A stretch of 64,000 nucleotides of DNA, taken from positions 9,312 to 73,311 of the forward strand of contig CBDUYR010000005.1 of NCBI GenBank assembly GCA_965371515.1, given 5' to 3'. The position numbers and the translations under genes were made by a program. Within the stretch, counting starts at the first letter, position 1. Each line of letters starts with the position of its first letter. This document shows, in pieces, positions 49,845 through 59,798 of the stretch. The notes below the pieces were generated by a model. The model searched no databases. It was not told the origin of the DNA and worked only from the letters and a program-made list of their open reading frames with translations. The DNA comes from an uncultured bacterium (GTDB lineage Bacteria > Krumholzibacteriota > Krumholzibacteriia > Krumholzibacteriales > Krumholzibacteriaceae).

Positions 49845-50780
49845 TCAGTCAATTTTACCGAGCGCCATCATCGAGGCCCCGACGAGCGAGGCCATGTTTC
49901 CCAGCTCCGCAGGGACGACCTTCACCGAAGCGAATATGTCTGCCATCAACTGCCCGCGCATCGATTCCCTCGCCGGTTCGAGGATCAGGTCCCCGGCTCC
50001 GGCCACCCCGCCTCCGACAGCGATCACCTCTGGATTAAAGAGGTGTACGATGTTCGCAAGCCCCGTTCCGAGCGCACGTCCCGCTGCGGTAAACGCCTCG
50101 ATGGCCACTTCGTCCCCACCGGCGGCCGCCCCGGCGACATCTTTCGACGTGAGGCTTTCGCTGTCCTCGAGGACCGATTCAGCGCCGGCCGCGATCGCCG
50201 ACCTGGCCCTTGAGACTATCGACGAGGCGCTGGCCATCGCCTCGAGGCAGCCGGCCGTTCCGCAGGTGCATTTCGGCCCCGACGGATCTATGACCTGATG
50301 ACCGATCTCGCCGGCCAGACCCTGCCATCCACGATAGAGACGGCCGTCGGCGACCACGCCGCCGCCTATTCCCGTCCCCAGCGTCATGCAGACGAAGTGC
50401 TGCGTACCCCTGCCTGCCCCGAGGATATATTCGCCCCATGCGGCGCAGTTGACGTCGTTGTCGACCGTCACCGGCATGCCGAGCGCGCCGGAGAAGAGTC
50501 CGCGGAGATCGAGATCCTCCCAGCCGGGCAAGTTCGGGGAATAGTACAGGTATCCCTTCGAGCCGTCTATCAGTCCCGCGCAGTCGATACCTGCGGCAAC
50601 CATCTCCGGATGGCCGGCACGTCTTTCCTCGAGCCACGCCGCAATCCTCTCCGCCGCATACCGCGGGCCTTTTCCGGCCAGGGTGGGAATCTTTTCCCTC
50701 TCGACTATCTCGCCCTCCGCCGACACGATGCCCAGCTTGATGTCCGTGCCGCCTATGTCGACACCGAGTATCTTCTTCAT
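49845..50780 (-). CDS. ROK-family sugar kinase (glucokinase-like)
   Basis: ILGVDIGGTDIK, ROK zinc motif CTCGTAGCLE; 312 aa. Confidence 0.75.
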   Translation of the reverse strand: MKKILGVDIGGTDIKLGIVSAEGEIVEREKIPTLAGKGPRYAAERIAAWLEERRAGHPEMVAAGIDCAGLIDGSKGYLYYSPNLPGWEDLDLRGLFSGALGMPVTVDNDVNCAAWGEYILGAGRGTQHFVCMTLGTGIGGGVVADGRLYRGWQGLAGEIGHQVIDPSGPKCTCGTAGCLEAMASASSIVSRARSAIAAGAESVLEDSESLTSKDVAGAAAGGDEVAIEAFTAAGRALGTGLANIVHLFNPEVIAVGGGVAGAGDLILEPARESMRGQLMADIFASVKVVPAELGNMASLVGASMMALGKID

Positions 50781-50806
50781 CACGTTTCCTTTCACCGATG
50801 CGCCGC

Positions 50807-52036
50807 CTACATATGAGCGACGGCCTCCTCAACCGCAAGATGCGATCCTAGTATCAGCATCGTATCGCCCGACCTTGTCAGACTGCCGGCGAGCTTCATC
50901 GCCCCGGCCATTCCGCGAGTCGGCCTTAAAGTTGCCATGCTCCTGACTGTCGCCGCCTCATCGGAAAATCTCGTGGCGAGTTCGTCCCGCCCGGCGGCCC
51001 CTTTTTCTTTGAGGGGCACCAGAATTATCTCACGCGCAGATCGCATGGCCTTCGCCGGGAACCTGCCTAGTCGTTTCCTGGCCATCACACCGAACACGAT
51101 GACGTTCCTTTCAGGGGGAGAGAGTCCGAGGAGCGTATCGAGCGAGGCGCATAGCGCCTCCTCGTTATGTGATACGTCAAGAATCAACCGTGGTTCCCCG
51201 TTAAGTACCTGAAATCTTCCGGCGAATGCCGCGTCGGCCAGCCCTTTTCGTACGGCGACCCTGCCGGGACTACGCCCCGGCATGAAGATCTCGGCCACCC
51301 TTACCGCCGTCGCCGCATTGGAGATCTGGTGCCTCCCGATCATCCTCGTCCTCACCGTTCCGTAATCGCGCAGCGGTGTGGCAAGAGAAAAAGTCATTTG
51401 CGCGGCGGCCGTACTCCCCGCCGATAGATCGACATCCCGTGATACCGGATAAAACGGGATGCCCATTTTCACGCAGTGCCTGCCCGCTCTTTCCTCGAGT
51501 CCCTTCGTGGATAGATTGGCGACGAGAGGGGCGCCCGGCCTCGTTATACCGAGCTTCTCGTCGAGTATCCTCGCCCTGGTTCCGCCGAGATGTTCGCTGT
51601 GGTCTATCGCGATTCCGGTTATCGCCGTAACTCTCGCGTCGACGAGTCTCGTCGCGTCGAGACGACCTCCGAGGCCGACCTCGTAGACTGCCGCGTCTAC
51701 ATTCCGCTCGTTGAACCATATCGCCGCGGCGGCAGTGACGCCCTCGAAGAAGGTGAACGGCGTCTCGTCGTAACATTCCCTCAACTTTCCTGTGATGCGG
51801 TCGAGTTCGGGGCTGGGGATCTCCTCGCCGTCGATCCTGATCCTCTCGTTTATCCTGAATAGATGGGGCGAGTAGAAAGTGCCTGTCCTGAGGCCCGCGG
51901 CCCGCAGGATCGACGACACGAATGTCGTTACCGAGCCCTTGCCGTTAGTCCCGGCTACGAGAATAGCGGGCACGTCTGCCTGCGGATCCCCGTGATAACG
52001 GAGGAGGGCGGTGATGTTCTCGAGGCCGAGCCGCAT
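50807..52036 (-). CDS. folC: Bifunctional folylpolyglutamate synthase / dihydrofolate synthase
   Basis: VAGTNGKGS P-loop, Mur-ligase-like middle and C domains. Start at MRLGLENITALL; the longer ORF to 52180 is Arg-rich and low-complexity. Confidence 0.75.
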   Translation of the reverse strand: MRLGLENITALLRYHGDPQADVPAILVAGTNGKGSVTTFVSSILRAAGLRTGTFYSPHLFRINERIRIDGEEIPSPELDRITGKLRECYDETPFTFFEGVTAAAAIWFNERNVDAAVYEVGLGGRLDATRLVDARVTAITGIAIDHSEHLGGTRARILDEKLGITRPGAPLVANLSTKGLEERAGRHCVKMGIPFYPVSRDVDLSAGSTAAAQMTFSLATPLRDYGTVRTRMIGRHQISNAATAVRVAEIFMPGRSPGRVAVRKGLADAAFAGRFQVLNGEPRLILDVSHNEEALCASLDTLLGLSPPERNVIVFGVMARKRLGRFPAKAMRSAREIILVPLKEKGAAGRDELATRFSDEAATVRSMATLRPTRGMAGAMKLAGSLTRSGDTMLILGSHLAVEEAVAHM

Positions 52037-52088
52037 CTTCGTCGGTCTCAAAGAAAAGAGAAAATCAATCGAGGGAAAGGGGATTCCC

Positions 52089-52994
52089 CTACCTGATAAG
52101 CGTGATCGTGTTCTGGCCATTCTCCCTCTGCTCCGCCTCCGCGCCTGCCAGCCCGGAGCCCGTGAGCGAGTCGAGAACAAAAACGAGGGCTTTCTTGAGC
52201 TCGCGGCGGTTCTTGATCATGTCTATCATCCCGTGCTCGAGCAGGAACTCGGAGCGCTGGAATCCCTCTGGAAGCTCCTCGCCGACCGTTTCGCGGATCA
52301 CCCTCGGACCGGCGAAACCGACAAGGGCCTTCGGCTCCGCAATGATCACGTCGCCCTGGAACGCGAACGAAGCGGCCACGCCGCCCGTGGTCGGATTGGT
52401 AAGTATAGAGATGTAGGGAAGCCGTGCCCGCGACACGGCGGCGACAGCGGCGGATGTCTTGGCCATCTGCATCAGCGAGAGGATCGACTCCTGCATACGC
52501 GCGCCGCCCGAGGCGGAAAGGATTATCAGCGGAAGCCGGTTGTCTATGGCGAAATCGGCGACCCGCTTGATCTTCTCGCCGACGACCGATCCCATGCTGC
52601 CGCCGAGGAAACTGAAGTCGAGAACGGCGAGGGCGACGGGGTGGCCCCCGATGGCTGCGGCACCGGTGATGATCGCCGAGTTGCGACCCGTCTTCTTCTT
52701 CGCGTCCCTTATGCGGTCGCTGTACTTCTTGCTATCCCTGAAGTGAAGGGGATCGACCGAGGACAGTCCTGTCTCTGTCTCCTCGAAAGAGCCTTCATCC
52801 ACCAGTATATCAATAAATGCTGAGGCGTTTATCCGGAAATGGAACTCGCACTTCGGGCATACTGAACGCTGCCTGAGCAGTTCTTTCCGGTATAGGATCT
52901 CGCCGCAGGAGGGACATTTTTCCCAGAGCCCGTCCGGGACTTCCTTCTTCCTCCAGGTCTTGATCCCCTGTTTTGCCTTCCTCAGCCAGTTCAT
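52089..52994 (-). CDS. accD: Acetyl-CoA carboxylase carboxyltransferase beta subunit
   Basis: N-terminal Zn ribbon CPSCGEILY...CPKCEFH, then crotonase-fold carboxyltransferase GGSMG/GGARMQE. Confidence 0.85.
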   Translation of the reverse strand: MNWLRKAKQGIKTWRKKEVPDGLWEKCPSCGEILYRKELLRQRSVCPKCEFHFRINASAFIDILVDEGSFEETETGLSSVDPLHFRDSKKYSDRIRDAKKKTGRNSAIITGAAAIGGHPVALAVLDFSFLGGSMGSVVGEKIKRVADFAIDNRLPLIILSASGGARMQESILSLMQMAKTSAAVAAVSRARLPYISILTNPTTGGVAASFAFQGDVIIAEPKALVGFAGPRVIRETVGEELPEGFQRSEFLLEHGMIDMIKNRRELKKALVFVLDSLTGSGLAGAEAEQRENGQNTITLIR

Positions 52995-53114
52995 GTCGTC
53001 ACCTCTCGGACTGCCGGGATGATTTCTGCCCCGTTGCGGGGATCCGCCCCGTTCCCGGGACTTTCGGCGTTCACTTAATTTAACACCCTGCAGGGAGCGT
53101 CAAAAAGCGTTTTT

Positions 53115-53894
53115 TTACATCTTCGCAAGTAACGGAAGCATCCGGGATAGCGCTTCCGCCCCCCTCTTACCCTCCTCCAGCACCTCCATATGCCCTGTAG
53201 CGCCCATAGAAACATTCGGAGCGAAATTCGTGATAAACGACAGGCAAGCCGCCTCGAGCCCTTTTTCAGCCGCTGTGGCGAGTTCTGGGAGGGACGACAT
53301 CGTGGCTGCGTCGGCCCCCATCAGGGCCGCTGCCACCGCTTCCGCAGGCGTCTCGTAGGCCGGCCCTGCGGTCCAGCAGAGCACCCCATCGGCGACCTCG
53401 ATTCCCGATTCGGCGGCTGCAGAGGCCACCAACCCGCGAAGACGCAGCGATACGGCGGGCCTTGCCGATGACCTGAACCGGGAATCGCTCCACGGCAGCG
53501 CGACGATCCCAGATGGGAGCAGCCAGGACCCTACGGGCAGAGACCGCTTCAGGCTCCCCGCCGCCTGGGTGAGAATGATCCGCCGGCATCCAAACGCCGC
53601 AGCCGCCGCTGCGGCGCTGCCCGCGCCGTCCCATTCCGCCCCCTCGTAGAAATGCGCCCTTCCGGCGAAGACAAGCAGTCTCCCTCTCCCCGTATCGAGA
53701 AGAAGAAGCCTTCCCGGATGACCCTCGACGGCAGGAACGATCAAGCCTTCGATGCCGGCATACCCGGCCTCGGCGAGCACCTTTCCAGGCCATCTTCCGG
53801 GAGACAGGCCCGAACCGATGACCACGGCAGTACCCGCAGCGCCCTTCAGCTCAGCCGGGAATCCGCCCGTACCAATGTTTTCCCCGCTCGTCAA
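53115..53894 (-). CDS. Purine nucleoside phosphorylase (PNP family 1, PunA-like)
   Basis: VVIGSGLS, EGHPGRLL, FAGRAHFYEG signature. Confidence 0.65.
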   Translation of the reverse strand: MTSGENIGTGGFPAELKGAAGTAVVIGSGLSPGRWPGKVLAEAGYAGIEGLIVPAVEGHPGRLLLLDTGRGRLLVFAGRAHFYEGAEWDGAGSAAAAAAAFGCRRIILTQAAGSLKRSLPVGSWLLPSGIVALPWSDSRFRSSARPAVSLRLRGLVASAAAESGIEVADGVLCWTAGPAYETPAEAVAAALMGADAATMSSLPELATAAEKGLEAACLSFITNFAPNVSMGATGHMEVLEEGKRGAEALSRMLPLLAKM

Positions 53895-54382
53895 TCCTTC
53901 CCCCGATCGATTTCATTCCCGCTTTTATTCCGTATGTCCTTCTCGAAGATCAGAGCGTCCTCGCCCGAATCGGGATAGTAACCCTTCCGCCGGCCGACCT
54001 GCCTGAAACCGTGCTTCTTGTAGAACCTGATTGCGCGGTCGTTGTTCATCCTCACCTCGAGGACCACAATGAGGCATCCCATCTCCCTGCTCTTTTCCAC
54101 TGCCTCGGAGAGAAGCATCGCGGCCGCCTCACCGCCCCTGTCAGCGGGGGCGATCGCTATACTGAGGATGTGCAGTTCCTCATACCCGTACCAGGAAGAT
54201 ATGTAGCCGATGATCCTGTCGCCTGAGAGAATTACGAGGTTCTCCGTATAGCTAGACAGGTAGAGCTGCATCGTGAACATGCCTTCGTCCCACGGCACGG
54301 GGAACGACACGCGTTCGATCTCGAGGAGCGGGGGTATGTCTTCCTGGACCATTCCCCGGATGACAAGCTCCCCGGGAGTCAT
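53891..54382 (-). CDS. rimI: Ribosomal-protein-alanine N-acetyltransferase-like GNAT
   Basis: GNAT fold; position immediately downstream of tsaB as in the conserved tsaE-tsaB-rimI cluster; start at MTPGELVIRG. Confidence 0.6.
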   Translation of the reverse strand: MTPGELVIRGMVQEDIPPLLEIERVSFPVPWDEGMFTMQLYLSSYTENLVILSGDRIIGYISSWYGYEELHILSIAIAPADRGGEAAAMLLSEAVEKSREMGCLIVVLEVRMNNDRAIRFYKKHGFRQVGRRKGYYPDSGEDALIFEKDIRNKSGNEIDRGKD

Positions 54383-55104
54383 CGGCCGCCCCCGGGCCGG
54401 AGTTTCGCGGATGAAGGCAGCTTGGCGTCGGGCGGCCTTATGTATAGAGGTTCGAGAGCCGAGAGCCCGTCGTAGGGAACGGCATCGCCCTCGAGAGCCA
54501 GCGCCGCCGCTATCGACGCCGACGGCGTCGACCATCGCGGACCGCAGTAACGTGTTCCCGCGGGAAGGGCCTCCACGAGCTCACCGCGGTAATTTTCAGA
54601 TCCGGTGCCGCAGACGATGACGGGTCCATCGATACCGGTCTCCAGGATGCGTCTGCCCAGCGAACCGGGAACGGACGCAAACGGCGGCAGTATCTCGACG
54701 GGAAGATCGCCGGATGTATCGTACACCGCCGCGTAGACCTCTCCCCTGCGGGCGTCTATCAGCGGGAGAACGGGTACGCCGGCGAACGGAACGGCGGCCG
54801 CGAGCAACTCGAGCGAACCTACAGCGGCCACCGGACGCCTGGCGACTGCCGCAAACCCCTTCACCGTGGCAAGGCCTATCCGCAATCCGGTGAACGAACC
54901 TGGACCGATCACCGTGACGAACAGGTCGATCTCCTTTATCGCCGCGCTGGCTGCGGCGAGGCATTCGTCTACCGCGGGCATGAGAGTGGCCGAATGTGTG
55001 TCGCTCGCGTCGAATATGATCTCGCAGAGCGGTTCGCTACCCCTCGTAACAGCCACGCTTCCCTTCATGTGCGAGGCGTCGAGAGCAAGCACGAGCGGCT
55101 TCAT
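54379..55104 (-). CDS. tsaB: tRNA threonylcarbamoyladenosine biosynthesis protein TsaB (YeaZ)
   Basis: LALDASHMKGSVAV, GPGSFTGLRIG: Kae1/YgjD-like inactive paralog pattern. Confidence 0.75.
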   Translation of the reverse strand: MKPLVLALDASHMKGSVAVTRGSEPLCEIIFDASDTHSATLMPAVDECLAAASAAIKEIDLFVTVIGPGSFTGLRIGLATVKGFAAVARRPVAAVGSLELLAAAVPFAGVPVLPLIDARRGEVYAAVYDTSGDLPVEILPPFASVPGSLGRRILETGIDGPVIVCGTGSENYRGELVEALPAGTRYCGPRWSTPSASIAAALALEGDAVPYDGLSALEPLYIRPPDAKLPSSAKLRPGGGR

Positions 55105-55610
55105 GCTCCCTCCTCCCATCCCTCGAGGGCATCCATTATCGCGGGAGGCGCCGAGATCTCGATCTCCCTCTCATCGCGGTCCGTTATCCTGATCGATATT
55201 GTCACGTCGAATTCCATTGTTCCTTCGGGGAGCCGGTCTCCCCATTCGACCACGACGATGTTCCTTCCATCGACGGCGTCGAACATCCCTATCCTCTCGA
55301 CCTCACCGAGCTCCTCGAGCCTGTAGAGGTCGTAATGAAGAAGGGGCACATCACCGCCCCGGTATTCTTCGACGAGGATGAACGTCGGGCTGAGGATCTC
55401 GGCCTCGATGCCGAGGCCTGCGGCAATACCCTTGACCAGCGCCGTCTTTCCGGCCCCGAGCCGTCCCTCGATCGAAAGGGTAGTGCCGAACGGGATGATC
55501 GCGCCGAATCGCCTGCCGAGGACAAAGGTCTCTTCCGGCGAATGTGTCAGGATCGTCCCTGTGTGCGACGGCCCCACTGTACCGTCCAGCCGTTTAACGC
55601 TGTTACTCAT
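55101..55610 (-). CDS. tsaE: tRNA threonylcarbamoyladenosine biosynthesis ATPase TsaE (YjeE)
   Basis: GRLGAGKTALVKG P-loop, SPTF, HYDLYRL motifs. Confidence 0.7.
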   Translation of the reverse strand: MSNSVKRLDGTVGPSHTGTILTHSPEETFVLGRRFGAIIPFGTTLSIEGRLGAGKTALVKGIAAGLGIEAEILSPTFILVEEYRGGDVPLLHYDLYRLEELGEVERIGMFDAVDGRNIVVVEWGDRLPEGTMEFDVTISIRITDRDEREIEISAPPAIMDALEGWEEGA

Positions 55611-55696
55611 ATTGATGCGGAGTCTAACCGACCGGGGGAAGCGCGCCAACAATAACCTTACTTGACGATGATAGGTGAATCCCGCCGGATGACACG

Positions 55697-57277
55697 TCAC
55701 CTCGGGGTCATCGTGATGCAGGGGATGATCATTTCCTCGAGCGAGATGCCACCGTGCTGAAATGTGTCCTGATACAGCTTCTCGTACTCGTGAAAGCGGG
55801 TCGGATAGACGAAGTAGTAGTCCTCCCTCGCGAGGATGTAGTTCTTCGACGGGCTCTCGGCGGGCAGCCTGAAGTCTGCCGGTTTCCGGATGAGCAGAGT
55901 CTGTTTGGGATCGCCGTTGATGTTCTCACCGAACTTGTACCTCAGGTTGGTCGACGTCTCCCTGTTGCCGTGCACGAGGCTCGCCTTCTGCCCGAGGATC
56001 GCTCCGTGATCGGTGGTGATCACCACGGTCGCGCCAAGCTTCGATATCTTCTGGAGGATCTCGAAGAGGGCAGAATGGATGAACCACGACCTCATCAGCG
56101 ACCTGAACGCGCTCTCGTTGGGAGCGATCTCCTGCAGGATGTCGCTCTGGCTCCTGCCGTGGGCGAGAATGTCGAGGAAGTTGAAGACCATAACGACCAG
56201 ATCGAGCGCGCCGTACGTGTCGACCTGCCTGCGGATGTCATTCGCCTCGTCGGCATTGTAGATCTTCGCGTACTTCGTCTTGAGGTGACTCATTCGGGCT
56301 CTCTTCATCTGCAAGTCCATCAACTGGCTCTCGTACCTGTTCTTGCTGAATTCATCCTTGGAGCGCTCCAGCCAGAGCTCGGGGTGCTGTTTCTCGATAT
56401 CCTCGGGATAGAGCCCCGCGAAGATCGAGTTGCGTGAGTACGGAGTCGCGGTCGGAAGGATCGAATAGTACGAATCCCTCGTGATGTTGAAGAAGGGAGC
56501 TATGATGTCCTCGATGGTGAGCCACTGGTCATACCTCATGCAGTCGATCACTATGAAGTAGACCTGCTTCTTCGCGTTGAGGTGCGGGAAGATATATTTA
56601 CGGAATATGTCGACGCTGAGCGTCGGTCCATCGTTGGAGCGCAGCCATGATGAGTAGTTCTCCTCTATGCAGCGTGCGAACTCGACGTTGCACTTCTTCC
56701 TCAGATCAACGTGGATCTGGTCCATGCCGGTCCCGCCGAACCGGTCGAACTCGAGGTCCCACTGACAGAGCTCCTGCTGGATCTGAGCCCACTGCTTCCA
56801 GTCGGGCCGCTGCGACACCTGGTCGTCTACTCTCCTGAACACCTGCAGGTAATCCTTCGAGGCAGCTCCCTCCTGGATACTGTGAGCCTCGAGAACGCGT
56901 TTGATCGCCGAGAATATCTGCAGGGGATTGATCGGCTTGAGCAGGTAGTCGTCTATCTTCATGCCGATAGCCTGGTTCATCAGCCCCTCGGCCTCGTTCT
57001 TCGTGATCATGATGACGGGGATGTTAGCGGAGATCTCCTTGATCTCCTGCAGTGTCTCGAGTCCGGTCTTGCCGGGCATCGATTCGTCGAGCAGCACGAG
57101 GTCGAATAGCTCCTTCGAGAGCACGCTGACCGCCTCGCCGCCGCTCGAGACTCCCTTCATATCGTATCCCTTCCCCTCGAGGAAGATCATGTGCGAGCGC
57201 AGCAGGTCTATCTCATCGTCGACCCAGAGTATCTTCTTCGCTTTCAATTCGCCGTGCCTTTCCAGAGTTGATCTCAA
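55697..57277 (-). CDS. porX: PorX-like response regulator: CheY-like receiver plus PglZ (alkaline-phosphatase-superfamily) effector domain
   Basis: KILWVDDE...LVLLDESMPGKTG...KP receiver; the long C-terminal domain ends ...TTDHGAILGQ...QHGGISLEEMIIP typical of PglZ; 526 aa, close to PorX length. Confidence 0.65.
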   Translation of the reverse strand: MRSTLERHGELKAKKILWVDDEIDLLRSHMIFLEGKGYDMKGVSSGGEAVSVLSKELFDLVLLDESMPGKTGLETLQEIKEISANIPVIMITKNEAEGLMNQAIGMKIDDYLLKPINPLQIFSAIKRVLEAHSIQEGAASKDYLQVFRRVDDQVSQRPDWKQWAQIQQELCQWDLEFDRFGGTGMDQIHVDLRKKCNVEFARCIEENYSSWLRSNDGPTLSVDIFRKYIFPHLNAKKQVYFIVIDCMRYDQWLTIEDIIAPFFNITRDSYYSILPTATPYSRNSIFAGLYPEDIEKQHPELWLERSKDEFSKNRYESQLMDLQMKRARMSHLKTKYAKIYNADEANDIRRQVDTYGALDLVVMVFNFLDILAHGRSQSDILQEIAPNESAFRSLMRSWFIHSALFEILQKISKLGATVVITTDHGAILGQKASLVHGNRETSTNLRYKFGENINGDPKQTLLIRKPADFRLPAESPSKNYILAREDYYFVYPTRFHEYEKLYQDTFQHGGISLEEMIIPCITMTPR

Positions 57278-58530
57278 TCGACGGGGAAGATGAGCTGGAA
57301 GGTCGTCCCCTCACCCAGGTGTGTATGAGCGACCTTGATCGAACCCCCGTGTATCTCCTCGACGATCCTCTTGACAAGGGCCAGTCCCAGCCCCCAGCCC
57401 CTGCTCTTCGTCGTGTAGCCCGGGTCGAAGACCTTCTTCTTCATCCCCGAGTTCATTCCCTTTCCGTTGTCGCGGAAGAGGATCACCACGGCGTTCTCGC
57501 CGCGGTCGACCCTCCCGGTAATATTAATCTTTCCGTTCTCCCCCGCAATCGCATCGAGGGAGTTTTTTATCAGATTCTCGAAGACCCATCCGAGCAGGTC
57601 AGCGCTGCAGCGGATCAGCGGCAGCTCTTCGATATCGATCTCGATCGTCGAGTTGATCTTCAGGGCCGGCCGCCGACGCTCGAAATAGTCGACCGTCTCC
57701 TCGATTATCGGGGAGATCTTCTGATATTCGAGGGAAGGTGCCGATCCGATCTTGCTGAACCTCGATGAGATCCTGCTCAGCCGGTCCACGTCCGCCGAAG
57801 CCTCGTCAATGGGCTCATCCAAGGCATTCGAACAACCCTCCTCGGACGCCTTCTCGCGGATGATCGCGAGCCAACCCATGATCGACGAGAGGGGCGTACC
57901 GAGCTGGTGAGCAGTCTCCTTCGCCATCCCCACCCAGATCAACCTCTTCTCCCCGGTCTTGACGGCCCGCATCCCGAGCAGGCCGAACAGGATAAAGATA
58001 ATAAACACACCGAGCTGCACAAACGGCGCTACACGCAACTCCCTGCTCAGTTTCGAGGCACCGTAATGGATCACCAGCGCGAGCGTTTCCGATTCGACGC
58101 TGACAGGATCGTTGATCCCGTCGAACTCCATGGCGGCACGCTGCACCTTCTCGAGCAGCGGATCGTCTGGATCATCCGGATCGAAATCTATCACCCTGCT
58201 GTACTCGTCATCGGCCAGCATCTTGATCCCGATGCCGCTCCACACTATCGGCCTTCCAGCACGGTCGGTCAGGACGAACGGGAGCGTTATCGCTTCCCGG
58301 ACCTCCCTGATGAAATCCTGGCTAGCTTCTTCACTAACGTCTTTCAGTGCGATGCCGATGAACTTCGAGAAAAGCCTTGTAGTATGCCCGGACTGGGCCT
58401 TCATCCTCGTCATGAGGCTATTGTTGTACCAGAAAGCACCGGTGACGAGTATGACCGTGCCTGCCAGAAAGTATATTTTGAGGAGAACCGGCAGATTTCC
58501 CGGAATTCTCAGCGCGGGCCTACGCTTCAA
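57274..58530 (-). CDS. porY: Sensor histidine kinase (PorY-like partner of the PglZ regulator)
   Basis: 2 TM helices; H-box ETAHQLGTPLSSIMGWL; N/G boxes LIKNSLDAI, FRDNGKGM, GWGLGLALV; overlaps the regulator gene by 4 nt. Confidence 0.65.
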   Translation of the reverse strand: MKRRPALRIPGNLPVLLKIYFLAGTVILVTGAFWYNNSLMTRMKAQSGHTTRLFSKFIGIALKDVSEEASQDFIREVREAITLPFVLTDRAGRPIVWSGIGIKMLADDEYSRVIDFDPDDPDDPLLEKVQRAAMEFDGINDPVSVESETLALVIHYGASKLSRELRVAPFVQLGVFIIFILFGLLGMRAVKTGEKRLIWVGMAKETAHQLGTPLSSIMGWLAIIREKASEEGCSNALDEPIDEASADVDRLSRISSRFSKIGSAPSLEYQKISPIIEETVDYFERRRPALKINSTIEIDIEELPLIRCSADLLGWVFENLIKNSLDAIAGENGKINITGRVDRGENAVVILFRDNGKGMNSGMKKKVFDPGYTTKSRGWGLGLALVKRIVEEIHGGSIKVAHTHLGEGTTFQLIFPVD

Positions 58531-59791
58531 TGTACTCCTGTCCTCCCATGTAGGGGACCAGTGCCTTCGGAATCCTTATTTTACCGGTCGGGGTCTGGTT
58601 CAGCTCGAAGATCGTAACGATGATCCTCGGCAGGGCGAGCCCGGAACCGTTCAGCGTGTGCACGAATTCCGGTTTCGCGCTCCTCTCCCTTTTAAACCTT
58701 ATCCGGGCCCTTCTCGCCTGGAAATCCTCGAAATTGCTGCAGGATGAGACCTCGAGCCACCTGTCGGAACCCGGCGCCCACGTCTCGATGTCGTAGCACT
58801 TGGCCGCCGAGAAGCTCAGGTCGCCGCTGCACAGCTCTATGGCGCGGTAGGGTAGCTCCAGGACCTCCAGAACAGCGCAGGCGTCGTCGAGCAGGATCTC
58901 GAGGTCCTCGTATGACCTCTCCGGCAGGGTCCATCTCACCATCTCGACCTTGTCGAACTGGTGCACTCTTATCATACCCTTCGTCTCCTGGCCATAGCTC
59001 CCCGCCTCCCTTCGGAAGCAGGGGCTGAATGCAACAGCCTTCATCGGGAGATTTTCACCGTCGAGAACGGCGTCGCGGTAGATATTTGTCATCGGTACTT
59101 CCGCCGTCGGGATCAGGAAGAGGTCGTCCTTCTCGCAGTGATACATGTCTTCTTCCATTTTCGGAAGCTGGCCGGTGCCTATCATCGAATCCCTGTTCAC
59201 CATGTACGGGACCGCCAGTTCCTCGTATCCCTGCTCCCTGTGGATATCGAGCATCAGAGAGACGAGCGCCCTCGAGAGCCTCGCACCGTCGCCCCTGAGG
59301 ACAACGAAGCCCCTTCCGGATATCAGCGAGCCGGCCGACATGTCGAGGATACCGAGCTTCTCCCCGATCTCTTCGTGAGGAAGCGGTTTTTCGGGCAGCT
59401 CCGGTATCTCGCCCCAGCGCCTTACTTCTGGATTGTCGGCTTCGCACGTCCCGTACGGGACAGAGTCGTGGGGAATGTTGGGAATGCCAAGCTCGAGCGA
59501 GGCGATCTTCTCTTCTATTTCTTTCAGCTCACCGTCTATCTCCTTGATCCGGCCTGAATTCTCCTTCATCTCCTCCATGAGAGATGACGGGTCGTCGCCC
59601 TGCTTCTTGAGGGCGGAGATCTCTTTCGATACGGTGTTTCTTCTCTGCTTGAGCTTTTCCGTCTCCTGGATCAGGTCGCGCATCCTGCCATCGAGCTCGA
59701 GGAATCCGTCGATATCAAAATCAGCGCCCTTTGCGGCAACGCCCTTGCGTACTTTTTCCGGATCTTTCCTTATCAGTTTTCTGTCGAGCAT
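58520..59791 (-). CDS. serS: Seryl-tRNA synthetase
   Basis: N-terminal coiled coil; class II motifs FRREAGS, GMIRVHQFDKVE, GSGLALPR. Confidence 0.9.
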   Translation of the reverse strand: MLDRKLIRKDPEKVRKGVAAKGADFDIDGFLELDGRMRDLIQETEKLKQRRNTVSKEISALKKQGDDPSSLMEEMKENSGRIKEIDGELKEIEEKIASLELGIPNIPHDSVPYGTCEADNPEVRRWGEIPELPEKPLPHEEIGEKLGILDMSAGSLISGRGFVVLRGDGARLSRALVSLMLDIHREQGYEELAVPYMVNRDSMIGTGQLPKMEEDMYHCEKDDLFLIPTAEVPMTNIYRDAVLDGENLPMKAVAFSPCFRREAGSYGQETKGMIRVHQFDKVEMVRWTLPERSYEDLEILLDDACAVLEVLELPYRAIELCSGDLSFSAAKCYDIETWAPGSDRWLEVSSCSNFEDFQARRARIRFKRERSAKPEFVHTLNGSGLALPRIIVTIFELNQTPTGKIRIPKALVPYMGGQEYIEA

Positions 59792-59798
59792 CGACCCG

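Noticed and set aside
53060-53114. GC hairpins (ccccgttgcgggg / ccctgcaggg) between PNP and accD as a terminator
   Set aside because: Palindromes present but no clear U-tract on the relevant strand; only weak support, so not listed as a feature.
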